64,000 bases of DNA from Mycobacteriales bacterium (GCA_038256525.1 JBBSKF010000003.1:2516-66515), one strand, 5' to 3'; positions 23,004-32,620 are shown, counted from the first letter of the stretch. The notes: a model not told the origin generated them from the letters alone. A program made the numbers and translations.

Positions 23004-24491
23004 TCAGCCCAGGATCGTCTCGGCAGAGGCGCTCGTGACGACGGCTCCGTCGGCCTGAACCCGCACGACCGACTGGGCCTTCGTCACGCCGGTCAGGGCA
23101 AATCGCGACGACACGCTCATGGTGGGGGTGACCGCCGCCGGCAACAGCCCGCCCGACCAGGTGCAGCGGGCCTGGGTGTCCAGGACACAGGTCCACGCGC
23201 TCGACTCCGGCGTGCTGACCGAGACGACGGTCTGTGCCGGACCACCGTCGAAGGCGATGGCCAACGGACGACGCTCGGCCGTCGCGGATCGGTTCGTGAC
23301 CGAGACGGTGTGCTTGCCCGTGGCGCCGAGGGCCGCGCGCGAGGGGCTCAGCAGGGTCACCGCAAGTGGTGGCAGGGCGGTCGGGCTGGGGCTGGGGCTG
23401 GGGCTGGGGCTGGAGGTTGTGCGGCGGAAGCGGTCGCGCAGGGCGGCGCCCATCACGGTGGGCGTGCCCGCGTAGTCGGTGATCATGGCGACCTGGCCTT
23501 GCGCGCAGTCGAAGACTGTCCAGGTCCAGCCGATCACCGACACCCCACGGGTGTCGGCCCAGTCGAGGTAGCCGTTGACGAAGCCGGCTCCGCAGCCGAC
23601 CTCCCCGACCTCACCGGTCACCACCGGCACCTGCGCGGCGACCGGGGCGATCTCCCGCTCCCAGCAGGCCGCCGTGGCGCACTGGCTGTGGTTGTAGACA
23701 TGCACCCCGGCGACCAGCTGACCGGCTGGGTCGACCGGCCGGTAGGCCAGCCACTGGGACAGGTCGTTACCCCAGCCCAGACCGTTGAGGATGATCGGTT
23801 GGCGGGCGCCGGTGCCGCGCACCGCATCGACCAGGCTCTGCATCCCTGCGGCACGCCAGCCCTGCGAGGTCGTGCAGCCATCACGCCAGCACGCCCAGCT
23901 GATGTCATGCGGCTCGTTGTAGACGTCGAACATCACCGCGGGGTCGTCACGGAACGTACTCGCCACTGAGGACCAGAACGCCGGGGAACGCTCCGCGTCC
24001 GCCATCAACGCCTGATCAGTGGCCCGGGCTGCGCCCGCCGCGTTCCAGTGCAGGTCGAGCACCGCGAGCAAGCCCGCGGCATGCAACCGCTGCACATAGC
24101 CCACGATCGCCGAGCGGTACGCCGCCCCGCCGTAGGTCGTCGACACGCCGTTCACACCCAGCCAGCAGTCCTGGTTGAGCGGGACCCGCACCGCGGTGAT
24201 CCCCCAACCGGTCATCACCGCGATCGCCGCGTCATCCACCGGCCCCGAGAAGATCCCCCACCCCTGCACACAGGCATATTCAGTCCCCGAACGGTTCGCC
24301 CCCTGCAACCGCACCGGGCTGCCCGCAGCATCCACCAGCCGGTTGCCCGACACCGTCACCGACAACGGGGCACCAGCCGCACCCGCAACCGACGGCGTCA
24401 CCCCCGCCAGCAACCCAGCCAGCACCGCGACCAGCACACCCACCAGCACGCCACGACGAGACACACCGACCCATCGACCGGCAGCCCACAC
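23004..24491 (-). CDS. secreted GH5 endoglucanase (cellulase family) with Pro/Ser linker and C-terminal beta-domain
   Basis: Signal peptide, then MFDVYNEPH (acid/base Glu) and VVTGEVGE (nucleophile), then the linker SSPSPSPSPSPT. Confidence 0.8.
   Translation of the reverse strand: MWAAGRWVGVSRRGVLVGVLVAVLAGLLAGVTPSVAGAAGAPLSVTVSGNRLVDAAGSPVRLQGANRSGTEYACVQGWGIFSGPVDDAAIAVMTGWGITAVRVPLNQDCWLGVNGVSTTYGGAAYRSAIVGYVQRLHAAGLLAVLDLHWNAAGAARATDQALMADAERSPAFWSSVASTFRDDPAVMFDVYNEPHDISWACWRDGCTTSQGWRAAGMQSLVDAVRGTGARQPIILNGLGWGNDLSQWLAYRPVDPAGQLVAGVHVYNHSQCATAACWEREIAPVAAQVPVVTGEVGEVGCGAGFVNGYLDWADTRGVSVIGWTWTVFDCAQGQVAMITDYAGTPTVMGAALRDRFRRTTSSPSPSPSPSPTALPPLAVTLLSPSRAALGATGKHTVSVTNRSATAERRPLAIAFDGGPAQTVVSVSTPESSAWTCVLDTQARCTWSGGLLPAAVTPTMSVSSRFALTGVTKAQSVVRVQADGAVVTSASAETILG
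23383..23412. repeat. 5 x GGGCTG hexanucleotide tandem repeat (encodes the (SP)n linker of the GH5 protein)
   Basis: Read directly from the sequence. Confidence 0.9.
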
Positions 24492-24608
24492 CCCTTGAGG
24501 AGCACAGCGACCGAAAGGAAACCGGACACCGGGGCACAGACGTCCGCCTGTCCTAAAGAATCATGAGAACACTGGTGCAAACCGGATTACGTAGGGTAAC
24601 CAGCCGCT

Positions 24609-25949
24609 ATGCACACGAGGGGGGACATCTCCACGCCGTCAGGCGCACCGGACGGGGCTGCCGCCGTGCCCGGAGAGCAGCAGCGGCGCCGGGGCACCGG
24701 GCCCTGGCTGCTGGTTCAGGACGTCCAGAGGGCAAAGCACCGCGACCACCTGGCGCCCGGGTGGCTGCTGGTCGCGCTGCTCTCGGTGATCGGTCTGTCG
24801 GCGCTGCTCCACCACCGACGCAGTCGCGTCCCGGCGCTCGAGGTGCCGAGGCAGCGCACCCCGGACCTTCCGCAGACCGGGCTACCGGCGGGTCCCGTCC
24901 GCCGCGAGGTGGCGGTGCTCATCGCCACCCGCAACGGAGCCGACACCCTCGCCTCGACCATCGCCTCGGCCGCCGGGCAGGCAGACGTCTATGTCGTCTC
25001 CGACGGCTCCACCGACGACACCGCGCGCATCGCCGAGCAGAGCGGCGCCAAGGTTCTCGCGCTGTCGGTGAACATCGGCAAGCCGGCCGCGCTCTACCGC
25101 GCCAACCGGCACTTCGGGCTCACCACCGACTACCGCGCGGTCGCCGTGCTCGACGACGACACCGTCATCGGGCCGGAGTTCATCAAGCACTGCTTGGCCG
25201 GGCTGACCGACCGAGTCGCCATCGTGGTCGGCCGGACGATCACGAACTGGACGCGCGAGCACCGTTGGAACCCCTGGCTGGCCGTGCGCGCCTACTCCTA
25301 CTGGAAGTACCAGCTGCTCGTCCGCCGCGGTCAGAGCGCCTTGAACGTCATGAACTGCGTGTCGGGTAGCAACTCGCTCTACCGCTCCTCGGTGCTCGAG
25401 CAGGTGCTGGTCGAGGACACGCCGTACATCGTCGACGACACCTACTGGACGCTCGAGACCCACCGTCGCGGTCTCGGCCGCATCGTCTACGCGCCGAAGG
25501 CCACGGCGCTCATCTGCGACCCGCTGAACGGCCGCGACTGGTACAAGCAGAACCTGCGCTGGCTGTGGGGGACGATGCAGGGGATCCGCGGCCACCGCAT
25601 CGGCACCAAGCGGACGATGTTCGACTTCATGTACATCCTCATGATGCTGGACTGGTTCCTGTACGTCGTGGTCTGGCCGTTCTGGATCGCCGCCGTCTTC
25701 TGGGTCGGCCGGGACCACTGGCCTGTGCTGCTGGCCGTCTACCTGACCGGCTACCTCGTCTGGACCTCGATCGCGGCGATTGCGCTGCGCCGCTGGCGCC
25801 TGGTCCTGCTCACCCCGTTCGTCCTCGTCTTCGACTGGCTCTACCGCGTGAACTTCGCGCACGCGCTGGTCAAAGCCCTCCGGCAGCCGAGGGTCACCTC
25901 ATGCCGGTGGGAGTCCCCTTCCCGCTATGCACAAGGAGCAGCAGCATGA
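24609..25949 (+). CDS. membrane-bound processive GT2 glycosyltransferase (synthase-like)
   Basis: VAVLIATRNGADTL..VVSDGSTDDT, VLDDD (DxD), QNLRWLWG (QxxRW), and N- and C-terminal TM helices. Confidence 0.8.
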   Translation: MHTRGDISTPSGAPDGAAAVPGEQQRRRGTGPWLLVQDVQRAKHRDHLAPGWLLVALLSVIGLSALLHHRRSRVPALEVPRQRTPDLPQTGLPAGPVRREVAVLIATRNGADTLASTIASAAGQADVYVVSDGSTDDTARIAEQSGAKVLALSVNIGKPAALYRANRHFGLTTDYRAVAVLDDDTVIGPEFIKHCLAGLTDRVAIVVGRTITNWTREHRWNPWLAVRAYSYWKYQLLVRRGQSALNVMNCVSGSNSLYRSSVLEQVLVEDTPYIVDDTYWTLETHRRGLGRIVYAPKATALICDPLNGRDWYKQNLRWLWGTMQGIRGHRIGTKRTMFDFMYILMMLDWFLYVVVWPFWIAAVFWVGRDHWPVLLAVYLTGYLVWTSIAAIALRRWRLVLLTPFVLVFDWLYRVNFAHALVKALRQPRVTSCRWESPSRYAQGAAA

Positions 25950-26173
25950 CCGGTCCCACGAACTCAGCCAACGAAGTTGCCGCTCTCGGTACCTCCTTCG
26001 ACATGGGCGGCGGCATGGGAGGCGGTGAGTCGATGGGCTTCGGCGGCGCCGACGTCCTGCCCTTCACCGGTATCAGCACCGTCCCACTGGCCCTCGCCGG
26101 CCTGGTGGCTGCTGTCGTCGGCTCGGTGATGACCCGCCTCGGCCGGGACAAGACGCCGGTCGCCATCGACTGA
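25946..26173 (+). CDS. 75-aa Gly/Met-rich mini-protein ending in LPFTG + TM helix + basic tail
   Basis: MTGPTNSANEVAALGTSFDMGGGMGGGESMGFGGADVLPFTGISTVPLALAGLVAAVVGSVMTRLGRDKTPVAID. AAGGAG lies 7 nt upstream. ATGA overlap with the GT2 stop. It is a paralogue of 42197-42418. Confidence 0.6.
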   Translation: MTGPTNSANEVAALGTSFDMGGGMGGGESMGFGGADVLPFTGISTVPLALAGLVAAVVGSVMTRLGRDKTPVAID

Positions 26174-26198
26174 CCAGTCGACGCGTCCGCCGCCTTGC

Positions 26199-26894
26199 TC
26201 ACGCTCCCGGCGCGCGCAGCTCGTTCACGAGGTCCAGCAGATCGAAGATGATTCCCCGGAGCAGCCGGTAGCGCGCCAGCCCCACAAGCTTCACCACCAA
26301 CGGCACGGTCCGGTCGACCAGCGCGTAGGTCCTTGCCGATTCCGGGGACGCGTCGTGCACCCAATAGAGCACGATTCCCATCTGATAGAGCCACAGCAGC
26401 TCGGGCAGGCTTGCCCGGAGCTCCGGCGGCATCTTCACGCTCGTGGCGCCGTGGACGGCCTCTGCATAGAGCGCGATCGCCAGCGCGCGTGCGGGGGCAG
26501 ACTCGGCGCTGAAGGGGCTCAGTGGACTCTGCGGATCCGCGGCGAAGCGGAAGAACCCGACCGCGAAGTGCTTGTCGGCCTGAATGGTGTCGAGCCGTGC
26601 GCGCAGCACCCCGTGCAGCCGGGCCTCGAGGTCTGTCTCACGGTCGAGGACCGGGCGGGCGGCGGCGACGTGCAGCTCCTGTGACTGGTCGTAGTACTCC
26701 TGCACCAGGTGCTGCTTGCTGGGGTAGTAGTAGTAGGCGTTGCCGACCGACAGGCCGGCCTCCCCGGCGATGATCCGCATCGTGGTGGCTTCGTAGCCGC
26801 GCTCGCGAAACAGCCGCAACGCCGTGTCGACGATGCGCTGACGGGTCTGCTCGCCCTTGGCGGAGGACGCCGGTTCACGCCGGGGTGCAGTCAC
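26199..26894 (-). CDS. TetR-family transcriptional regulator
   Basis: TRQRIVDTALRLFRERGYEATTMRIIAGEAGLSVGNAYYYYPSKQHLV (TetR HTH). Confidence 0.9.
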   Translation of the reverse strand: MTAPRREPASSAKGEQTRQRIVDTALRLFRERGYEATTMRIIAGEAGLSVGNAYYYYPSKQHLVQEYYDQSQELHVAAARPVLDRETDLEARLHGVLRARLDTIQADKHFAVGFFRFAADPQSPLSPFSAESAPARALAIALYAEAVHGATSVKMPPELRASLPELLWLYQMGIVLYWVHDASPESARTYALVDRTVPLVVKLVGLARYRLLRGIIFDLLDLVNELRAPGA

Positions 26895-26934
26895 AGGACT
26901 TCCTTCGGTTGTCGGCTGCCGAGCCGAGAGGTGC

Positions 26935-27351
26935 TCAGCCGGGCATGGCGGGTGCGGACCAGACCGACTCAGGCGGCAGCGGCGGACGTACGGGAGTCAT
27001 GCGGCTCTGCTGGGCACGTCGTCGCAGCGTGTTGAGCACGAACAGGTTAGCCAGGTGCAGGACGCCCAGCACGAGCACGACGGTGCCCACCTTGACCGAC
27101 AGCGCCTCGAGCGCTGACTGGCTGTCGATGACCCGCTCCTCGGTCTTGAGGGCGATCGACACGAAGCCCAGGTTGACGAGGTAGAAGCCGACCACCAGCA
27201 GGTGGTTGACCGCCTGCGCGAGCTCCTCGTCGCCGTCGAAGACATCCAACAGGAACACGCGGCCGTTGCGACGCAGCGTGCTGCCGACCCACAGCGTGAT
27301 GGGGACCGCCAGAGCCAGATAGGCGATGTAGGTGAAGACGATGGGGTTCAT
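26935..27351 (-). CDS. small integral membrane protein (hypothetical)
   Basis: MNPIVFTYIAYLALAVPITLWVG.. with 4 predicted TM segments. GAGGAG RBS is present. It lies upstream of and is co-oriented with the TetR gene. Confidence 0.6.
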   Translation of the reverse strand: MNPIVFTYIAYLALAVPITLWVGSTLRRNGRVFLLDVFDGDEELAQAVNHLLVVGFYLVNLGFVSIALKTEERVIDSQSALEALSVKVGTVVLVLGVLHLANLFVLNTLRRRAQQSRMTPVRPPLPPESVWSAPAMPG

Positions 27352-27367
27352 GGAGCTCTCCTCAGAG

Positions 27368-27380
27368 TTGAACGTGTTCA
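27368..27380. promoter_or_regulatory. palindrome TTGAACGTGTTCA, candidate TetR operator 1
   Basis: TGAAC-GT-GTTCA lies in the divergent intergenic region. It shares the GAACGnGTTC core with 27429-27438. Confidence 0.4.
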
Positions 27381-27428
27381 GACACGAGCAACGTACGGGG
27401 TGGCCTCGTTCTGCGCAAGCATTTTTCC

Positions 27429-27438
27429 GAACGCGTTC
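27429..27438. promoter_or_regulatory. perfect palindrome GAACGCGTTC, candidate TetR operator 2
   Basis: Read directly from the sequence, in an AT-richer stretch 45 nt upstream of the CoA-transferase start. Confidence 0.4.
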
Positions 27439-27482
27439 AAATCTTCTCGACGTACAGTGCCGCAGACCGACTGAGGGGTGAC

Positions 27483-28622
27483 GTGACCAGGCAGGGACCG
27501 CTGACCGGCGTCCGCATTCTCGAGCTGGCCGGGCTCGGACCCGTGCCGCACGCGTGCATGATCCTTGCCGACCTCGGTGCCGATGTGCTGCGTGTCGACC
27601 GGCCCGGCAAGAGCGTCGAGCTGCTCTCCCCCGACCTGTTGACCAGGTCACGACGCTCGGTCGCTGTCGACCTGAAGCACGCTGCCGGGCCCGCGACGGT
27701 GCTTCGCCTCGTGGACCGGGCCGACGTACTCGTCGAGGGACTGCGGCCGGGGGTGACCGAGCGCCTGGGCGTCGGTCCCGAGGTGTGCCTGGCCCGCAAC
27801 CCTCGACTGGTCTACGGCCGGATGACCGGCTGGGGCCAGACCGGACCGCTTGCCCTGCGAGCCGGGCACGATCTGAACTATCTCGCCGTCAGCGGCGCGC
27901 TGAGTGCCATCGGCGAGCCCGGCCGCAAGCCGGTTCCACCACTCAACCTCGTCGGGGACTTCGGCGGCGGCTCCATGCTTCTGGTCGTCGGGGTGCTCGC
28001 CGCACTCGTCGAGCGCGGGACGAGCGGTCACGGCCAGGTCGTCGACGCCGCGATGGTGGACGGGGCCAGCACGCTGATGGCCATGACGTGGGCGCTTCGG
28101 GGAGCAGGCAGCTGGTCGGACCAGCGCGGCAGCAACCTGTTGGACGGCGGCGCGCCGTTCTATGACACCTATCGGTGCGCGGACGGGGGCTACCTTGCCG
28201 TCGGTGCCATCGAGCCGCAGTTCTGGGCGGTCGTGGTCGACGTGCTCGGCCTGGACGACGTCCCTGACCAGCTGGACGCCGATCGTTGGCCCGAGCTGCG
28301 CGACCGGGTGGCAGCGGTGATCGCCACCCGCGACCGGGACGAGTGGGCGGCGCTGTTCGCACCTCTGGACGCGTGCGTCTCCCCCGTCCTGACGATGGGT
28401 GAGGCGATGCTCCACCCGCAGCTGGCTGCCCGTAACACCATCCTCGAGGTGGACGGCGTGCCGCAACCGGCTCCCGCCCCGCGCCTGTCACGCACTCCTG
28501 GGGCGGTCAGCGGACCGCCGTCCCTGCCCGGACAGCACACCCGTCAAGCCCTGCTCGACTGGCGGTTCACGCCTGACGAGGTGGCGGCACTCGAGCGGGA
28601 CGGGGCGGTCCTCCAGTTCTGA
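27483..28622 (+). CDS. family III CoA-transferase (CaiB/BaiF; alpha-methylacyl-CoA racemase-like)
   Basis: GPLTGVRILELAGLGPVPHACMILADLGADVLRVDRPG, matching the whole-length family pattern. Confidence 0.85.
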   Translation: MTRQGPLTGVRILELAGLGPVPHACMILADLGADVLRVDRPGKSVELLSPDLLTRSRRSVAVDLKHAAGPATVLRLVDRADVLVEGLRPGVTERLGVGPEVCLARNPRLVYGRMTGWGQTGPLALRAGHDLNYLAVSGALSAIGEPGRKPVPPLNLVGDFGGGSMLLVVGVLAALVERGTSGHGQVVDAAMVDGASTLMAMTWALRGAGSWSDQRGSNLLDGGAPFYDTYRCADGGYLAVGAIEPQFWAVVVDVLGLDDVPDQLDADRWPELRDRVAAVIATRDRDEWAALFAPLDACVSPVLTMGEAMLHPQLAARNTILEVDGVPQPAPAPRLSRTPGAVSGPPSLPGQHTRQALLDWRFTPDEVAALERDGAVLQF

Positions 28623-28626
28623 CCGG

Positions 28627-29118
28627 TCACCAGCCCCAGGTGCCCGGGGCTCCCTTGAAAGGCCCGACGACATCGTCGGTCACCCACCCCCCGTAGAAGC
28701 CGCCGTCCTGGGCGCGCACCGCCTCCCCGTCGACCGTGCACAGATCCATGCGCCCCGGATAGACGGCGACAGTGTCACGCAGCAGGGCGAACGCAGGCAC
28801 CGGGGCGGGGTAGGTCCAGGCGGCCCGAGTCGCACGCAACCCACCGCCGACCACGTCCAGATAGCTCGCCAGCCCCTTCCACTCGCAGTACGACGTGCCG
28901 CCGCCTGGCTCCAGCGAACCCGGAAGCCAGTCCGGACCCGGCAGATACCAGACCGGCGGGTGACTCGTCTCGAGCACCCGAAACGCCCGCGAGGAGCGGC
29001 CCACCACAACGCCGCCGAGCACGACTGCCACCTCCTTGGACGACACCTCGAAGCGCGGCGGTCTCGGATAGTCCCAGACCGACTCCTGGCCGGGACCGGG
29101 CTGCGCGCGACGTCTCAA
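28627..29118 (-). CDS. DUF427 domain protein
   Basis: ESVWDYPRPPRFE..CEWKGLASYLDV motifs. TTG start. Confidence 0.7.
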   Translation of the reverse strand: MRRRAQPGPGQESVWDYPRPPRFEVSSKEVAVVLGGVVVGRSSRAFRVLETSHPPVWYLPGPDWLPGSLEPGGGTSYCEWKGLASYLDVVGGGLRATRAAWTYPAPVPAFALLRDTVAVYPGRMDLCTVDGEAVRAQDGGFYGGWVTDDVVGPFKGAPGTWGW

Positions 29119-29762
29119 CGGCGACGGCGCCGGAGCAGCAGCAGCAGGACAGCCACCGCTGCGGCAGCACCCGCCAGCATCGGCACGCGGGACGGACCCG
29201 TTCCCGGCGGCGGCACCGGGCGGTAGGGCGCGAACTCCGACGTCGGCAGCGTGGCCGGCTCGGCGGCGCCCGACACCCGTGCGGCAGGGATGGCAGCCCC
29301 TGGGTCAGGCCCCGCCGTGACCTTGTCCTTCACACCTGCGGCGACATCCTTGACAGCCTCCTTCGCCGCCGACGCGGTGTGCTTGACGCTGTCCGCGGCC
29401 TCCGAGGCGCCTTCCATGGCCGACAGCTTGACTGTCTCCGCGGCTCCTACCGCACCCTCTTTCGCCGCCAAGGCTGTCTGCTTGACGCTCTCCGCAGCGT
29501 CTGCGACGCCTTCCTTGGCCGCGTCGCCGACCCGCTTGGTCGTCCGCTTCGCCACCCGTTTGGGGCTGACCTTGTCCACGATCGCGTCCAGCGTCTCCGC
29601 GAGATCCTCCCGCGTCTGCTCGATCTCGGCCACCAGCGCATCGGGGTCGGTGGGGTCGGGTCCGCCACTGGCTTGTGCAGCCGGCGAGCGCATCTCGGCC
29701 GCCGTCCTCAGCCGGCGCTCGGCGTCCCCGTTCTGCCCGGCGGTCCTGTCGTCACTCGCCAC
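29115..29762 (-). CDS. DUF3618-like protein with C-terminal membrane anchor
   Basis: DPDALVAEIEQTREDLAETLDAIVDKVSPKRV.., Ala/Lys-rich repeats, and C-terminal LAGAAAAVAVLLLLLRRRRR. The GTG start at 29762 is uncertain. Confidence 0.55.
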   Translation of the reverse strand: MASDDRTAGQNGDAERRLRTAAEMRSPAAQASGGPDPTDPDALVAEIEQTREDLAETLDAIVDKVSPKRVAKRTTKRVGDAAKEGVADAAESVKQTALAAKEGAVGAAETVKLSAMEGASEAADSVKHTASAAKEAVKDVAAGVKDKVTAGPDPGAAIPAARVSGAAEPATLPTSEFAPYRPVPPPGTGPSRVPMLAGAAAAVAVLLLLLRRRRR

Positions 29763-29929
29763 GCTGCTGCTCCCTGGTCGTCGTGCTCGATGACGTGTTG
29801 ATCGTCCTGCCAGTCCCCGTGCCCCCGCGCACCCCGAAGGAATCGTACGACCGCGCATCCGGCTTGTGGCGACACGGCCGCTATTGCACATGACTGGCAA
29901 CTAGACGTTCTCTCCCGTAGAATTGCCGC

Positions 29930-30940
29930 GTGGACCTGACCTCGCCGCGAACCGCGCTGCCGGCTGCCATGCTCACCCTCGCCTTGACGGCCTGCACGTC
30001 GCCGGCTGCCCCCGCCGGCGCCGGGGACGACGCCGATCTGACGATCGTGTCGACCGTCGCTCCGATCACGTCGATCGTCGCGAACGTGGCCGGCCAGAAC
30101 GCCCGGATCACGGGCGTCGTGCCGGAGGGGACCAACAGCCACACCTTCGAGCCGCCGCCGCAGGTGTCCAAGGTGATGTCCGGCGCCGATGTCGTCTTCG
30201 TCAACGGCTTGCAGCTCGAGGAACCCACCTTCGAGCTGGCAGCGGAGAACGCCCCGGAGACCGCGCTGATCGTGAAGTTGGGCGACGAGGTGCTACCGCC
30301 GCAGGACTACATCTTCGACTTCTCGTTCCCGAAGCAGGACGGCAAGCCCAACCCACACCTGTGGACCGACCCGACCTACGCGATCCGCTACGCCGGCGTG
30401 ATCCGGGACACACTCGTCGACCGCGACCCGGACAACGCCGCGAGCTACCGCGCGAACCACGACGCCTTCGTGACCAAGGCCACCGCGCTGTCGGAGGCCC
30501 TGCGAACCGACCAGGCGACCATTCCGGCCGGCAGGAAGCAGCTGCTCACCTACCACGACGCCTACGCCTACTTCGCCAAGACCTATGGCTGGGAGGTCAT
30601 CGGGGCCGTCCAGCCGGCCAACTTCGAGGATCCGCAGCCGAAGGAGATCGCCCGCATCATCGACCAGGTGCGGGAGCGGAACCTACCGGTCATCTTCGGG
30701 TCCGAGGTCTTCCCGTCGAAGGTCCTGGAGCAGATCGCCGCCGAAACGGGCGCTCGCTACGAAGACACACTGCGCGACGACGACCTGCCCGGCAAGCCCG
30801 GCGACGACGACCACTCCTGGCTGGGGCTGATGCGTTACGACTACGTCACGATGATCCGCGGGCTCGGCGGGACGACCGCCTCGCTCGACGCGCTCGACGT
30901 CACAGACGTGGCGCCCGACCGGGCGGACTACCCCCAGTGA
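29930..30940 (+). CDS. metal (Zn/Mn) ABC transporter substrate-binding lipoprotein, TroA/ZnuA family
   Basis: Lipobox LALTAC. NSHTFEPPP, PHLWTDP and LLTYHDAYAYFAKTYG motifs. Confidence 0.85.
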   Translation: MDLTSPRTALPAAMLTLALTACTSPAAPAGAGDDADLTIVSTVAPITSIVANVAGQNARITGVVPEGTNSHTFEPPPQVSKVMSGADVVFVNGLQLEEPTFELAAENAPETALIVKLGDEVLPPQDYIFDFSFPKQDGKPNPHLWTDPTYAIRYAGVIRDTLVDRDPDNAASYRANHDAFVTKATALSEALRTDQATIPAGRKQLLTYHDAYAYFAKTYGWEVIGAVQPANFEDPQPKEIARIIDQVRERNLPVIFGSEVFPSKVLEQIAAETGARYEDTLRDDDLPGKPGDDDHSWLGLMRYDYVTMIRGLGGTTASLDALDVTDVAPDRADYPQ

Positions 30941-31725
30941 CCCGGCCGCCCCCACCTGGCGATCCGCTCGTGGCTGTCACCGGAGTGAGCTTCGGCTACG
31001 ACCGGACACCTGTGCTGCTCGACATCGACTACGTCGTCCAGCCAGGCGGTTTCACCGGCATCGTCGGTCCGTCCGGCAGCGGCAAGACCTCCCTGCTCAA
31101 GCTGCTGCTCGGGACGGTGCGCCCGCAGCGCGGCCAGGTCCGCCGACAGCCCGGCCTTGCCGTGTCGTACGTCCCTCAGCTCGAGACGGTCAACTGGAAC
31201 TTCCCGGTGACGGTCGCCGAATGCGTGCTCATGTCGCGGTCCACCAGACGGCTGATGCCGTGGGCCACAGCTGCGGAGAAGGCCGAGGTCGCGGCGGTGC
31301 TGGAGCGGCTGGGCATCGCCGAGCTCGCCGACCGGCACATCCGCGAGCTGTCCGGCGGTCAGCAGCAGCGCATGTTCATCGCCCGGGCCCTGCTGCGGCG
31401 GCCGCGGCTCCTGCTCATGGACGAGCCGACCTCGGGCGTCGACATCGGCACCCGCCACGAGGTGCTGCACCTGCTCGACGACCTCAACCGGGACGGGCTG
31501 GCGATCGTCCTGACCACCCACGACCTCAACGGGATGGCGGCTCACCTGCCCCACCTGGTCGCCCTCCAGCGGCGCATCATCGCGGCCGGCGCGCCCCGTG
31601 ACGTCATCGTGCCGGACGTGCTCGAGCGGACCTTCGGCGCGCGCATGGAGGTCCTGCAGCACCTGGGCATGCCGGTTGTCGTCGACAGCGGCGAACCGGC
31701 GCAGCTGCGGCCGGTGGCGGGATGA
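30937..31725 (+). CDS. metal ABC transporter ATP-binding protein
   Basis: GPSGSGKTS (Walker A), LSGGQQQR, LLLMDEP. GTGA overlap with the SBP gene. Confidence 0.9.
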   Translation: MTRPPPPGDPLVAVTGVSFGYDRTPVLLDIDYVVQPGGFTGIVGPSGSGKTSLLKLLLGTVRPQRGQVRRQPGLAVSYVPQLETVNWNFPVTVAECVLMSRSTRRLMPWATAAEKAEVAAVLERLGIAELADRHIRELSGGQQQRMFIARALLRRPRLLLMDEPTSGVDIGTRHEVLHLLDDLNRDGLAIVLTTHDLNGMAAHLPHLVALQRRIIAAGAPRDVIVPDVLERTFGARMEVLQHLGMPVVVDSGEPAQLRPVAG

Positions 31726-32615
31726 CGCTCTGGCAGAGCCTGCTCGACCCCTTCGCCTACGACTTCTTCGTCAAGGGCCTGGTTGCGGCAGTGCTCGCGG
31801 GCGCCCTGTGCGGACTGATCGGCGTCTACATCACCTTGCGCGGCATGAGCTACATCGGGCACGGGCTCTCGCACGCCATCTTCGGCGGCTACGCGGCGGC
31901 GCCGCTGCTCGGGATCCCGATCGTGCTCGGCGCCGGCGCCTGGGGATTGGCCTCGGCACTCGCGATCAACGCCATCACCCGCGCCCGCCGCATCGGTGCC
32001 GACGCCGCAATCGGCGTCGTGACGACGGCGTCCTTCGCCCTCGGCGTCGCGCTGCTCACCCGCTTCGGCACCAAGGGACCGGCATTCGACGCTCTGCTGT
32101 TCGGCAGCATCAACGGGGTGTCCGGCGGCGACCTGCTCCTGCTCGGCGGCGCACTCGCGTTCGCCGCGACGGTGTTCACCGTGCTCTACCGGGCGTTCCT
32201 GTTCTCGACGTTCGACCCTGAGGTGGCCGACGTGTCGGGCGTTCCGGTCCGGCGCATGGACGCGCTGCTCATGCTCGTGCTGTCGGTCTCCGTGCTCGCG
32301 ACGCTGAAGATCATCGGCGTCACCCTGGTCGCCGCCACCCTGGTCATCCCCGCTGTCGTGGCCCGCATGCTGTCCGACTCCTTCAGCCGCATGCTGTGGA
32401 TCTCGACCGGTCTCGGCGCGGTGGCGGGGGCGGTCGGGATGTACCTGTCGTTCCAGCTCGAGATCCCGTCCGGTACGACGATCGTGCTCGTCAACGCCGT
32501 CGCCTTCCTGGTCGTGCTCGCCGTCACCGGAGGCCGGTCGCTGCGGCGGGCGGCGGGGCTGAACGACCACGCCGGCCTGCCGGTCCCGACCACCCTGGTC
32601 GGGGCAGGACGCTGA
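31722..32615 (+). CDS. metal ABC transporter permease (ZnuB/MntB-like)
   Basis: Polytopic, with the family pattern GLIGVYITLRGMSYIGHGLSHAIFGG. Confidence 0.85.
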   Translation: MTLWQSLLDPFAYDFFVKGLVAAVLAGALCGLIGVYITLRGMSYIGHGLSHAIFGGYAAAPLLGIPIVLGAGAWGLASALAINAITRARRIGADAAIGVVTTASFALGVALLTRFGTKGPAFDALLFGSINGVSGGDLLLLGGALAFAATVFTVLYRAFLFSTFDPEVADVSGVPVRRMDALLMLVLSVSVLATLKIIGVTLVAATLVIPAVVARMLSDSFSRMLWISTGLGAVAGAVGMYLSFQLEIPSGTTIVLVNAVAFLVVLAVTGGRSLRRAAGLNDHAGLPVPTTLVGAGR

Positions 32616-32620
32616 GGCCG

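Noticed and set aside
29880-29930. Search for a Zur/MntR box upstream of the metal ABC transporter (TTGCACATGACTGGCAA)
   Set aside because: Only the outer TTGC/GCAA positions are symmetric. It has no resemblance to the Zur or DtxR-family boxes I can recall.
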